Source: Octopus sinensis
Taxonomy: Eukaryota
Length of the DNA: 64,000 nucleotides
Assembly: GCF_006345805.1 (NCBI RefSeq)
Contig: NC_043001.1
Coordinates: 12,524,001-12,588,000, forward strand
Direction of reading: 5' to 3'
Made by a program: the position numbers and the translations under genes. Shown here in pieces: positions 1 to 13,350 of the stretch. Positions within the stretch are counted from its first letter, which is position 1; every line of letters starts with the position of its first letter. Below the pieces are notes generated by a model, which made no database searches, had not been told where the DNA came from, and saw only the letters and a list, made by a program, of their open reading frames with translations.

Positions 1-172
1 TTTTTGGTAGGTCCTGACAGATACGTTTATATCGATTGGGACAGTCATATCAATGAGAGGCATGTTCTTTGTTTGAAGTCTTTCAATATGATGTCTGGCC
101 TATTTGCATCTATCTTCCTGTCAGTTTGAATGGTGAAGTTCCAGAGGAGTGAGATGTGGTCATTTTCAAGCA
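1..172 (-). mobile_element. R4/Dong-like non-LTR retrotransposon fragment, restriction-like endonuclease (REL) region, runs off the window edge
   Basis: Minus strand reads LENDHISLLWNFTIQTDRKIDANRPDIILKDFKQRTCL/IDMTVPIDINVSVRTYQK with one frameshift: the RPDI..D..P.D motif of REL endonucleases. Confidence 0.8.
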
Positions 173-195
173 CATTATTATCATTATTATTATTA

Positions 196-226
<31 letters not shown>

Positions 227-339
227 CATTATTATTATTATTATTATCATCATTATTATTATCATTATTATATTATTATTATTATTATTATTATTATCAT
301 TATTATTATTATATTATTATTATTATTATATCATTATTA

Positions 340-376
<37 letters not shown>

Positions 377-457
377 CATTATTATTATCATTATTATTAT
401 ATCATTATTATTATTATTATTCTTATTATTACTTTCATTATTATTATTATTGTTATT

Positions 458-537
<80 letters not shown>

Positions 538-547
538 CATTATTATC
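173..547. repeat. (ATT/TAA)n microsatellite with ATC interruptions
   Basis: Direct reading; explains the poly-Y/I/L ORFs. Confidence 0.98.
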
Positions 548-1554
548 TCTGTTCATATACAATACGGTGTTTTCCATTTTTCCTGCTTAACACTCCTTTC
601 TTCTTCGATATTCTTTTTATCTCCACGTGTTTCTGTATATTTATTTGTCGTCTCCATCACCTTCAAGGTAAATCTCAATATACTTTCTTAACACCGGAGT
701 AAATTTCAATGTATTGTGTTTATATAACCTTGCTATTTCTCTAAATGCAAACCTGCTATTTCTTTAAATGTATCATTTTACTTGGAAGTATGTGACAAAA
801 TGAGATTCACGGAACATATTTCTGTAGATAAGAATTATTGATTTCACTGATATTGTGATATTGAGACTGAAATTCGGTAGGTCTACTCTTATAAAAAAAA
901 ATGCAGTGGGGTCATTGGTAAATAAGCTTACTAGGAGGGACGAAAAAAGTTCATTGTTGTGGTGCAGAAGTGGAATATACCCCAGGTTAGTCAAGATAAG
1001 CTTTGTGATCAAGGAGACCAAGCGCTGTTCGGGTAGCGACAAAAAGACAAAATTAGATTGATACAAAAATTCGACATATCAGACCCAGAGTAGATGAATA
1101 CGGCCAAATAGCCTGCTATAGTCTCACTGGATTGCATGTGATATAACAGAAGCGATACGTGAATCTTAGCAGTGATATAATCGTGGCAAATATAATTTTA
1201 TAAAGGGTCACGACACTAATGTATGAATACGGAATAATTGTCTCGTTTTTCAAAATGTTCTCTTAGAATTTCCCACAAATAATATGTTATGGATATGTGA
1301 AATGTATGGAAAAAGCGATGTGTGGAGGTATGAAACCATTTCAAGCAGCTTGGAAACTTTATTTGCATCTTTGTTTTATAGATAAATTATATATAGTGCA
1401 ATTTGGTTTCTACTTGGTTACTAGATAGTTTTTTATTTCATATATTATAGGAAAATAGTAAATGTGATTATGCGTTATATCCTATATTTTATTTCGTTTT
1501 TGGATTTGGTTTGCAAGATACTTTATATGAGTTTGTGTTTTGAAGCATAATCAC

Positions 1555-1856
1555 TAATTGAGCTTTGTAGAATTATGCATAATGTAATAAATTATAGTCT
1601 GTTGTATCTGGGGAGAGTCATTTTCTTTTTGTACTTTATAATGTAACACACTCACCGGCAAAATTTCCACTTATTTCTTATTTTTATTTTCCTAAAATAA
1701 GACGCAACGAAAATTTTGGGAAAATAAAAATAAGAAAAAAGTGGAAATTTTACCGGTGAGTGTGTTAAATTATGAGGCACAAAAAGAAAATTACTCTCCC
1801 CACATACAACAGACTATATTTTATTACCTTATGCATAATTCTACAAAGCTCAATTA
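1555..1856. repeat. Fold-back inverted repeat, arms about 144 bp, loop about 14 nt
   Basis: taattgagctttgtagaattatgcataa...cctaaaat mirrored by attttggg...ttatgcataattctacaaagctcaatta; arms moderately diverged. Confidence 0.9.
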
Positions 1857-2188
1857 AAGATTAAAATGCAGAATTAAAATTGAATGGACAGGGTTGAATA
1901 TAAAAGGCTTCATTTACCTTTTCGAAATAAATATAATTTGGATTTTACAATACTTATTGTTTGATGCATTATTTGTTTTAAAATGAAAATTTGGAACATA
2001 GGTTATTATTAACGCTGTTCTTGAAATAATTTAGTGAGTTATTACCTTTTTCAGGAAAACAAGCGTGGGCGAATTTATATACCGTAGCATGTATAATGCA
2101 GAATAACAAACATGATGGAAAATATTGTAGAATTACTGTCAAGCTGCAGGAGTTAAATGCAACATAATTCATACACTCTCTGATATAT

Positions 2189-2577
<389 letters not shown>

Positions 2578-3339
2578 TAAATACACTTATACACACATTC
2601 ACATACGCACGCACGGAAAACTGAACGCATACATGCTAATGGGCATTAGATTAGCTTCAAGCTGGATGTACGAAGTACGTTCATGAGTGTGTTGCGTGTG
2701 TACGTAGGCTGTTGTGTATGGATTACCTATCTATTTTTTATGCGCACTGACATTGCCTTTCACCCACACATACAAATATACATATGGCATAATTATAGGT
2801 GATGGCAAAATCTAGAGTTTTCTATTCGCATAGAAGCATACATTATATAGTAGAGAATATAATCTTGTTGAGATAAAATTATCCCTCATTCACCGATGAA
2901 GTTATAAAAGTATTTAAAAAACACAGCAAAATACAAGTACACTTAATAGATAGATTTATTCGCTCCAGGAACAAAATACAGAAGTGAATATTTTAATGAA
3001 ACAAAATGAAACAAGCAAACAATTTTAGTATAGATACTATTACATATATATTTTATATCAATTATTTATAATAACATATGTACTTTACACAGCATCTCTG
3101 TAATATTGTCAATATTCCTAGTGCACGAAAATCGAGTAAACAACGAGAGTAATGCAACAAACATCCCTACATATACAGTTGAACATTTATATGTATGTGG
3201 GTAGATATATAGAATGTGTTCTCTAGACGTAAGTCTGAGTAGTTCGCGTCTATCGAAATCTCCTCACAACTGCGGGGACCAAATAAGTTTATACAAAGTG
3301 ATGAGTGGTGATATCTAAAGCGTGATGAGTGGTGATATC

Positions 3340-4510
3340 TATGTGACATTCACATAGATTATAGGACATGATTTTTGTTTGAAATCCTTCAGTATAATGT
3401 CTGGCATATTTGCTTCTATCTTTCTATGAGTGTGAACTGTAAAATTCATAAGGAGTTAGTTGTGATCGTTTTCAAGTCCTGGAGGTTGTTTGGTTCCAAA
3501 CAGTGTTTATTATGTGGCAGGTCCAAATCCTTGCAGATTACCCAGTGAATATACTCTGCCGCCCTATAATGCAGGTGCAAGAAGGCTACACATTGCGGCA
3601 ATATGCTCGATGGTTTCTGCTTGTATTTGCCAATCAGGAAATGCTGGGCTACTGCGGTGCATTCAGACGTTGGCCTGGTAGATTATTGTAGTAGGTAGTC
3701 ATTGATACTGAGCTACTATCATAAACCCCTCTGTTTCTGAATGTAAGCTAGTTGACGCCAGTCATTGATGGATAAGAGTTTTGTCACCATCAATATTATT
3801 AACTCTCTTTGGATAATTAATATTGAAAGCATGTTCTTGCAATTAATCAGTGAGATTATCTCGGGTTGCAGATTTAATACAGGTTTTCATACGTTTTGCT
3901 TTTTCCTATACTCGTTTCCTCTACATCTAATTCTGACGTTTACTATATTTGGAATTCACTCAAATATTTCCTTGCACATTTTATTACTGAGTATCTTTTT
4001 GTCTTGTGTTCGTGCTTTAAGACAAATTTTAGCATCCAGTTGTCAGAATTTTTCAGATTATGGTTTAGGCGAATTCTGCCAATCTTCATTGTAAATTCGA
4101 CATCTGCCTTACAGTACTTCATTCAATACATTCTGAACAATTTTCAAAATTTTCTATCAAGCTTACAGATTTACGACAAGTATGGCTAAATATTAATCGC
4201 TATAATTTTCTTGCCTTTAGCTATGTATTCAGTATTGCCCTTATTCTGTGATAACATACTTTTTGACCTTTTCTCGCATCATTGAGTATTTGATTTTAAC
4301 ATCTTCATATACCATTAAGTAGTTTTAACCCTCCTCTGGTTCTAACTAATTTACAAAATTTTCTTAGTCAAGTTTAATGTACGATGTTTCTGCCATTTTT
4401 CTTCTGATAAAGGTAACATTTGCACATTTATTTAGGCCATGTCCACCCTCATATCATCACAAAACCGTTTTACAATTACTAGGAATCCCTTTAGTTACTG
4501 GTAATTTTTC
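3340..4510 (-). mobile_element. Degenerate R4/Dong-like element (end of RT, CCHC region, REL)
   Basis: Minus-strand remnants LLVIVKRFCDDMR..LNKCANVTFIRRKM, YHRIRAILNT, LHSETEGFMIVAQ, ETIEHIAAMC, EYIHWVICKDLDL, FTVHTHRKIEANMPDIILKDFK; many stops and shifts. A second plus-strand DDLKF...LDKCA remnant lies at about 4524-4650. Confidence 0.75.
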
Positions 4511-5503
4511 TTTTACAAAACGCTTTAAATAATCTGTTTAAAAAAGATGATTTAAAGTTTTGTGAAAAATGTTATTGCAACATTGAGTTTTCAAGGAGCA
4601 ATTTTGAAAGAGTTATTAAGGCTAGATAAATGCGCAATGGTGATAGAATGTGACCTTACAAATGTCACGTGAAATTCTTACATCTCTACCATTCAAAGAT
4701 TCATTATCTCTGTTGAAAGTTAGTGTAGTTTCTGTATCCAGATATGTGGTAGATTATCAAAAGTGTTTTTATCCAGGCTATTGTGCTGTCTGTGGCCATC
4801 TTCCAAAATCATCTTGTTGATGAAAAGATGATCTTTTCAACCATAGGACCTACATTTACATTCATTTTGCTATTTGGGGAGTGGTGCGGTGGCAGGATCT
4901 TTAGCACTGCGGTCAAAATGGTGAGCGGCATTTCATGTGCCTTTATGGTCTCGGAATAAATTCATTTGTAATAATAAGAATTAAAACTGAGCTGCTAGTA
5001 GACCACAATGTTGTCCTTTAAAAACATTATTGATTGGGATTATATCGAACGGAAATGACAAAACTTGTATCGCCACTGTAGTATCAATTTGATACTTGAA
5101 TCCACGCATTTTAAAGGATCTGGAATCAATGTTGAAGTGAATACTTACTGTGTTCTTTCCACTTTCCACTTTTTACCACAACAGGAAGGAAAAGGATGTG
5201 ATCAACTATCAATCATGATTCAAAAAGGAAGTTTAACAACTAAACATAAATACAATTAAAACTAATGGAAACGTGCCTCTTTAACGATTGCGACGGTTCG
5301 CACGCAGTCATGATTATTGCAGTGTTTGAAATGTAAGACGAGAGTCTATATAGGACAACTGGGTGCTTGCCGATTGGTTCATTTCCGTTTTCTGTTTATT
5401 AGATAGACAAGGAATTTTCAAGATGAATATAAAGACATAAACGTGACTAAAAAACTTTGGCCGTTAATTGTTATCAGTATATATTATTACGCATCAAATA
5501 AAC

Positions 5504-5700
5504 GCGGGGAGCTGGCAGGATCGTTAGGACGCAAGGCGGAATGCTTCTCGGTATTTTATCATCCGCTACGTTATGAAATCAAATTCCGCCGCGGCTGACG
5601 TTCCTTTTCATCTTTTTGTGGTCGATTAAAGAAGTACCAATTATGCACAGGAGTCGATGTAATCGACTTAATCCCTTTCCCCAAATTTAAGGCTTTGTGC
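5504..5700 (+). mobile_element. SINE family F (ggcgagctggcagaa...gaggtcgactttgcctttcatcc type), diverged copy
   Basis: Homologous to copies at 26985, 45360, 52225 and 57810. Confidence 0.7.
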
Positions 5701-6939
5701 TTCTTGTAAAAAGAATTATCATGATAAAAATATTCTTTTTTTTATAAACAACTGTATATATAAGATCGAATTTCTTAAAGTAATACCAAATTGCAGTTGT
5801 TATATGGGTTTCAGAGCCGATTGTTGGGAAGAAGCTTAGAGTGTGTTCCACTGAGTTTCTGCAAAATTTTAGCTGACAGTTTAATCTAAGCGCAAATAAT
5901 ATTGTTGAGCAGACAGACTTTAGAAATCAAAGTGTTTTGTAAGCGAAAATACAAACTTTTGGCAAGATACCATCTATAGAAATTAAGGTGTTGTCGAGTT
6001 TATTGAATTCAACACACTGAGTTTTAAAGATAATGGATTTCAAAATGAAATTTTATTGCGAACGGATATTTTATTTATTTCTTTTATCATCCCAAACAAT
6101 CTAAATGAACAACAGAAAATTTTATCGATATCTAGCAAAGGTTAGGAACATTGAGAAATTTATGAATATAGATAAGTTTTATTTTGAAAGGTAATAGGCT
6201 AATAAGGCTCAAACGTGTGTACGTATATATGTTACAGATACCTCTTTCAGCACTATCAAAATTCCTTTTAATCTCAATAGGAGTGTCATATATTTATTTA
6301 ATAGCAGCGTTATGTCAGAGAGATAAAGCAATAATTTGGAGTATGGCGCTCCAAGTTTTCGTTTAGTGATGTTACAATATACGAGAATATATGATGGGAA
6401 AAGGCAATTAAGTTGCATACGATCGTCAAGGCACCACTAAGATATTCAAATCGTACCGAAATATTCAGTTGCTGGCAGAGTAGTAGAATTATGCACGCTA
6501 TTTATCTATTGTACATATATTTTATAACATGTTCTTATTGGCCTCTTACAGGTACCTGATTTATTTTCAAGCAAGATAATGAAAAGTAAAAAGGCGTTGT
6601 AGTATTGTCAACGCAAAATGCTTTAAATCCAAAAGCCGTTGTCATATTCCATTGAAGAGAAAATACTTGATGTCATGCATTCACTTAGCTCTTCCCGCCA
6701 ATGGCATTAAATGACTTTTTAAACTTTCTAATAGTAATGTACTTTCCGAGCGCATCATAGTGACATATCTGAAAGAGCAAATACAATTATACTGCCCGTT
6801 TTACAGCTGGGTAATTGGCAATTTATTTATTCCTTTCCGAAATACTACTGTGCCGTTGTCAGTTTCCCCCCAATTATATCGTTATATACACACAACTCAC
6901 AATCGAAAATATAATACCACATTCCCATTCTTACACTCT

Positions 6940-6980
<41 letters not shown>

Positions 6981-7412
6981 ATGGAAGCTATGATACCGAC
7001 TCAATTGTAACAAAAACGATCATCTACGGAACGCAGTAAAATAAACCGATGCTTCCATTTTAGGAGACGTTTAATAGTCAAAATATTGTAATAAAGAAAA
7101 CTGATAACAGCACTCTCTTTGTTATACTATATAAAGATTACTTTACTGCTAAAACATATAATATAGCACAATGTACTAAAAAATGTCATCGCCATCGCAA
7201 TGATGGTATGTAACATAACTCATTGGAATTTGAGACTAAATGCTTCGCAACTAACAAATATAGAAAAGACGTCACATTCTCCGACTGATGACATCATACA
7301 GTACTAGTTACCAATCACATACAATGTATATTTCTATCTATCTCTGTCACTCTAATTACGTATGCACCTATCTTTTTATGTATGTATGTATGTATGTATC
7401 TATCTTTGTGTA

Positions 7413-7446
<34 letters not shown>

Positions 7447-7547
7447 TATGTATCTATCTATCTATCTATGTGTATGTATGTATATATATATATATATATA
7501 TAATATATATATATATAATTTATATATACATACCCACCTGTACATAT

Positions 7548-7580
<33 letters not shown>

Positions 7581-7591
7581 TGTGAAGAGTG

Positions 7592-7860
7592 AAGCGCATG
7601 GCACAGTGGTTACAGCGTCGAGCTTTTGATCGTGCGGTTGTGGGTTCGATTCCCGGACCCTGCTGCCTTTTGTCTTCATGAACAAGACACTTCATTTCAT
7701 TTTGCTCCAGTTCACTCAGCTGTAGAAATAAGTTGCAACGTAACAGATGCTGAGCTGTATTGGCCCCTTTGCCTTTCCTTTGGATAACATCGGTGGCGTG
7801 GAAAGGGGAGGCTGGTGTCCATGGGTGACTACTGGTCTTCCATATAAAGAGCCCTATGTT
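7592..7860 (+). mobile_element. tRNA-derived CORE-like SINE
   Basis: A box TGGCACAGTGG, B box GGTTCGATTCC, then gaacaagacacttcatttc...ctcagctgtagaaat resembling the CORE domain; homologous to 46031-46360. Confidence 0.8.
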
Positions 7861-7934
7861 TTGCGCTCGCCGGTGAGGAGACTCCCCGTCCAGATTTGTA
7901 CCACGGAGCGGAAACAGTCAAGTGCACCCGTGGT

Positions 7935-8345
7935 CATTCGTGACCCGAGGATATAGTAGATGACACTTACCCAAGGTACCACGCAGTTGGACTGAAACCG
8001 GAACCATGCGGTTGGTAAGCAAGCTACTTACCACACAACTACTCCTGCACAGCCACAGAGATGCACGTAAATAGATGTAGATAAACATAAACATATGCAT
8101 GCACATTCATGAAATGTATGCAGTCCTATGCATGTGGATAAACAAAACACACATACATAGCTAGGTTTGCATATGTGCTGACGCGGGTAAGTTTTTAGGG
8201 AGCTTGTATATATGCGCAGGAGTGGCTCTGTGCGAAGTAGCTTGCTTACCAACCACGTGGTTCCGGGTTCAGTCCCACTTGGGCAAGTATTTCCCCTATA
8301 GCCTTGGGCACACCAAAGCCTTGTGGGGGATTTTGGTAGGCGGAA
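7935..8345. mobile_element. Two heads of SINE family A in opposite orientation (7935-8075 minus, 8213-8345 plus)
   Basis: ggtaagtagcttgcttaccaaccacatggttccgggttcagtccca motif shared with 28247, 33200, 40515, 58592 and 60285. Confidence 0.8.
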
Positions 8346-8434
8346 TAATAATATAGAGCTCTCTTTCATTCTTTTGTCGTCTTACCATTTCTATCAATAC
8401 ACACACACACACACATACACACACTCACAAACAC

Positions 8435-8528
<94 letters not shown>

Positions 8529-8777
8529 CAACAATTGAGGGTATTATAATTGTTGATATTATAATTCATCTCTCTCGGTCATACTGCCTCGGTTCTCGCG
8601 GTTAAAATATAATGTTTGCTAGATAGACCACGTGGGTGGAAAAGGAGTGCAGAAATTTACGCCTGCGCATTTTGAATTTGTTGGCACTGGCAGTTGGAGC
8701 TGGTTCATCTGAAGCGACAAGTTCGCCGATAGGTAAAGTTCCTTCTTTTTAGTGTTTCCAAATCCAAATTAAGAAAT

Positions 8778-8840
8778 TTTGAGCTGACGAAGGAAATGCT
8801 GATTTTATTTGGCTAATCTTGAAACGTTGACGTACTCAAA
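8778..8840 (+). ncRNA. Type I hammerhead ribozyme motif, canonical core
   Basis: TTTGAG CTGACGA [AGGA..GCTGA TTTTA TTTGGC..TCTT] GAAA CG TTGA CG TA^CTCAAA: 6-bp stem I, extended stem II, short stem III, GUA cleavage triplet. Confidence 0.8.
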
Positions 8841-9025
8841 CGATCTATGTACTTGTGATATTTTTCTATATTTACCTCCAAACCTTCGTGAGCTGTCTGG
8901 AGTAAACATTATCTGAGAGAAATCTTCTTTCTTTAAGTAGTAGAAATGGCTAAAAAAATTTTTTTGGCTGCTATTTCTACTAAGTTCAGTATGTGGCAAA
9001 GTAATTTATTTTACTAAGCCCTAAT

Positions 9026-9077
<52 letters not shown>

Positions 9078-9080
<3 letters not shown>

Positions 9081-9410
9081 AACCTGTGGGTGTATGCCGT
9101 CAGGGCCGTGACCCTTGTTCACATCGAGGCCTCGAATAACGCGTTCGACTTCGTCCCGAGTGATGACCAATCTAGGCATTGGAGGTACCGATCTATTTAA
9201 ATCGAGTGGGTTCACGACCATCATCTTGTTTGAAAATCGTCGAAAAAGCCTCGGCAAATAACTGACTCTGCTGATAAGGGTCCTCAACCGATACGCCAGT
9301 TGAGTCTACCAACATTGCAATTTGGTTGTTCAAGCGGGAATTCCGTTGGATATGAGTAAAGAAGATTGTTGGATATATGAAAAAAGCCAAAGTTTTAGGT
9401 GTAAATTCTA
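9078..9410 (-). mobile_element. CR1-group LINE fragment (EN-RT linker and start of RT)
   Basis: QSQLFAEAFSTIF, then ITRDEVERVIRGLDVNKGHGPDGIHPQV ending at a (TA)n tract. Confidence 0.8.
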
Positions 9411-11204
9411 GATCCGGTACGTATCTAATGTATTAGGATCTGTGTTAAGTAACTTATTAAAGGTAGGTTTTGGGACTAAAAATAAACCATAGTAATACGA
9501 TGTGAATGTTGAGTGGTTAGTGTTGGGAATAATAATGTGCGTCGGATAGGTGCCTTATAATATATTTAAACAAATAAAATATATAGATTATTGGTTATGA
9601 GGATGTTAAGTATCAGAGGGAGTATATAATGCATGCACTGGGTTTTATACGAATTGTAATGTTTATGTCTGTAAATTCAGGATCGAAAAGAGAGAAAAAT
9701 AATATGATGAATAAAGTATACATATATAATAAATAATAAATAAAATAGAGGTGGTACTTAGATCGTTGAGACGTAAAATACATTGAACTAAAATAAATAT
9801 AAAAATAATAAAATAATAAAATAAATCAAATAGAAATAAATGAATAAAATTAAATATAGGGAAAACTAAAAGCTATGGATTTTTGTTATTGGTTTAGTGA
9901 GAGGTGCATGTGAAATATAAAGATAGAGGATTATGGAAGTTTGAAAAATGGCCTTTCTAATGCATGACAAATGTGACTTATCGACCCTTATAGATTAAGG
10001 TGTGTAAAGAGATATTTATATACCGATTTGAAATGAAATTATTAGTACATTAGTGCAAGAAATTTTAAGTACATAGTCGTCCATACGAGTTTAATAAATT
10101 ATGTTAAATAACTTGTTAATAAATTATGTTAAACAATTTTTAAAGCTAGGTATTTGTCTAAAAATATAAGAAAAGAAATAATTTGTGAATCTTGAATGGG
10201 TAGTAGTGTGAATATGATAAACTTTTGTGAGAATACTAGAGTACAAAATACAAGGCATGCATCGTGGTTTATATGAGCAAAACGACTATAGAAATGAAAA
10301 TCTGGGGCGAACAGGTATCATAGAAAAGCTAAACAAGTAAAATCAGAGGATATTAAAAAGTAATTTATAGAGGTATATATATATGATAAATATTTAGGGG
10401 AATGTAAAAAACCGAGGAACTATATAAGAAATGTAAGATTTATATCTGGATCAAATGTGTATTCTGGATCAAATGTGTAGTGTATCAATTTAAAGGATGT
10501 GATATTCTGTAGACAATTGATGGTAGATGTTATATCTAAAGCAGTAAAAATATATCATATATATACGACGTGATGATTTTATAAAGAGTTTGTGGAATTA
10601 ATAAAAACGGTATGAGTGAGCATGGATGCATGAGGAGGATTTTGGGCCCTCTCATTTAATAGGCTTTTAGTGGAAAAGAGAATGAAATAGCGTTCGGTTG
10701 TACAAAGTTTACAGTATCCATCTAGTGATCTCCCTTTGATTGTTAACTTCACGTTTAGCGTAAACTTTATCTACTTTAACAGTTGTCAAGAAATTCGATA
10801 ACTTTTAATCAGCATCGATTTTTCAAAAATCAAAAGGATATTTCCACGTAAGTTACAATTCTTTTCTTGATGTTCCCATTGATTATATATTTGCAGCTTT
10901 CCTCTCATCTGACCAAACGATTGACATTTTCCGATGCCACATGGATTTATTTGTATTATTGCTTCCTGGATGTATTTGCTTACGCCTTCTATTATCTTCC
11001 CTAAGTCTTAACATTGTAATGGGTAGTAGGAATGTCCCCGATCCCGTGTATTAACAGCTACCTCACCTAATATTGTTATATTTCTGGTTGTTCATATTTT
11101 GTCAAATAAACAATATACCTACCTACCTGCCTGCCTACATACATACATACATACATACATACATACATACATACTTACATACATACATAAATACATACAT
11201 ACAT

Positions 11205-11290
11205 GATGGCTGCCCCCTCGTAATCGAGTATGACCGTTGCACGAAGCTTAACTGTTATTGGTGCTAAGATCGAATGTGACTTTTATTTGC
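11205..11290 (+). repeat. Interspersed repeat shared in reverse with about 17220-17305
   Basis: atggctg.ccc.tcgt.atcgag.atg.cc.ttgcacgaagcttaactgtta.tggtgct..gatcgaat in both places, each next to a microsatellite. Confidence 0.75.
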
Positions 11291-11469
11291 TTTTTGAAGA
11301 CTACAGCCAGCCATTCAGTTGAGACTCACAGAACCATTAACAATCATGAACAATGTTGCTATCGCACAATGCCCGTGCAAGAAGATTTTTTTTTAAAGCG
11401 AGGAAAGGCTGTGCACTGTCAATCCCACTCACTAAGCAACAGCAGCCATAATCCGAAAAGAAGAACAAG

Positions 11470-11835
11470 TCAACATCATCGGTAACCACTGAGCCGCAGG
11501 TTTTATGTCGGAGTTATCCCAGTTACCTGAGTTACCCTCTCCTAGAAGGATGCCCTAACAAAGGCTAGGAGTCCTTCACTCCCAACGGTTTAACCGCGCG
11601 ATCGGGTATTCAGTCCGATTATTTCTATGTATCCACGCATGATACAGCCTTAAGGCATTTATTGGATGGCTGTTGACTCTCAAGAGTTCCTCCGTCCTTT
11701 GAAGAGTTTTGTTTTTCATCCCGCAGGGTGTCCAATAAACACCCTCCTCACAAAGCAAGCTTGGTGGGGTTGCCGGTTTAGACGCTGACGGCCCGACCAT
11801 GCAACAGGTTGTACTGGGTTACATGTTACCAGTAG
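11470..11835 (-). mobile_element. Possible RTE-like LINE 5' untranslated region
   Basis: GC-richer island abutting (ACAT)n; ttaccctctcctagaaggatgccc resembles RTE 5' sequences as I recall them; no ORF support. Confidence 0.3.
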
Positions 11836-12049
11836 CACTCGAGAGACATACATACATACATACATACATACATACATACATACATACATACAGGCATACT
11901 TACATACATACATACATACATGCATACATACATACATACATACATACATACATACATACATACATACATACATACATACATACATTTATTCATGAATATG
12001 TACATACATACATAGGCCAAAAGAGCGTCAATCCCAGATTCACATACAG

Positions 12050-12660
12050 TGCGTGATCTGGACATTGATATGAACAATGATGCATTGTTTCATGTACATA
12101 TCACGAAGATGGTGGCATTTTGCAGCCGACTGGCCGGGTCGATTCTGAGAAACTTCGAAACAAAGCACTAGGAAATTGTGCTTCTTCTATGGCGGACATC
12201 TGTACTCAGTTGTCTGGACTACTACTCACAATCTGGCCACTGTACAATACCATATTAATAGCTGAACCTGAGGCAGTTCTGATACGCTACACCAGGAAGA
12301 TTGCATTGGTGGAATAGCCGAGCAACTGGGAGAGACTGAAAGAACTACGACTCTAGTCCCTAGACCGAAGACGGGAGAGATATGCAGTGATATATGTGCA
12401 GAAGATCCTGGAGGAGGTACCACCACACTTTGGTATCGAGACATATACCAACCCCCGATCTGGACGTTACTGCACTGTTCCAAAGATCCAAGGTACCCCG
12501 TCTAAAGTGAGGTCTATGTCCTGTACTTGATTGGGATTTGAGAGCCCACAGCTATTTAACACGCTGCCAATACAACCAAGGGATCATCGTGGAGTAGGGA
12601 TAGATGGTTCCCTAAAACAATTCGAACATCTGCTATCTCTGATAAACCTATAACAAGGCA
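12050..12660 (+). mobile_element. Degenerate C-terminal ORF2 fragment, same family as the 17.8-kb LINE
   Basis: Remnants of LDYYSQ.W, WERLKELRL, RRRERYAVIY..KIL, PQLFNTLP. Confidence 0.8.
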
Positions 12661-13056
12661 GGTAACTGAAAAAGGGGAAGTATTATAGAACTCCCTCCTT
12701 CACAAAAGAAAAAGCACATGTGATTGGCCAATGAAAAGGTGACTACACGGGACGCGCTCCAGCATGGCCAAATTATCGAGACTGAAAACATTAAAGGCAA
12801 GGACTTAACTTCCACTAGACTGCAACTGGACTTCAACTCAGAGCGTACTGAGGCAGAACAATTGCTGTGAAGCAGCACTTTAACGAGTCTGAAACGTCTT
12901 GGACGATATATCCAGAAACATATGGATACATAATATATATACACATAAACCCTCCACACACACACACACATACACTTATACACAAACACACACATATTTA
13001 TAGAAATAGATATAGATATACAATTACGTATATATATATATACATATATATGCATG

Positions 13057-13111
<55 letters not shown>

Positions 13112-13129
13112 TATGCATGTATATATATA

Positions 13130-13167
<38 letters not shown>

Positions 13168-13179
13168 CTTCGCGATGAT

Positions 13180-13350
13180 AGATCGCTAGCCACTACACAT
13201 TCTTCATTTGCTCTCCTTGTTTCTTTCTGTGTAAGAGCGTAGGCTTGAAACGTTAAAAACTTTTTCACTTCCCGAGCATTATACTAATGCATCAGTTTGT
13301 TGTGTACACCACCTGTCTTCATCTCTTGTTTTCGTTTTGTGAATTCCCCC
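13180..13350 (+). mobile_element. Penelope-like terminal repeat, family D, with a degenerate HHR-like motif (13222-13258)
   Basis: TCTTT CTGTGTA A GAGC GTAG GCTT GAAA CG TT AAAA; downstream sequence homologous to 61703-61890 and 60447-60515; ends in (TA)n. Confidence 0.6.

Noticed and set aside
130-702. Long poly-Y/I/L ORFs, and the many YIYI/THTH/LSIY ORFs across the window
   Set aside because: They are translations of (ATT)n, (TA)n, (CA)n, (GATA)n and (ACAT)n tracts that lack stop codons
3235-3290. CTGAGTA...GAAATCTCCTC hammerhead-like match
   Set aside because: Core mismatch and no convincing stems
7592-7680. tRNA genes (also at 26256, 34444 and 46031)
   Set aside because: A/B boxes are present, but each runs into a SINE body and no full cloverleaf is evident
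9540-10640. Strand-biased AT-rich stretch that might be an old L1 or Penelope ORF (similar at 51270-51960)
   Set aside because: No motif could be read with confidence; needs a translated profile search
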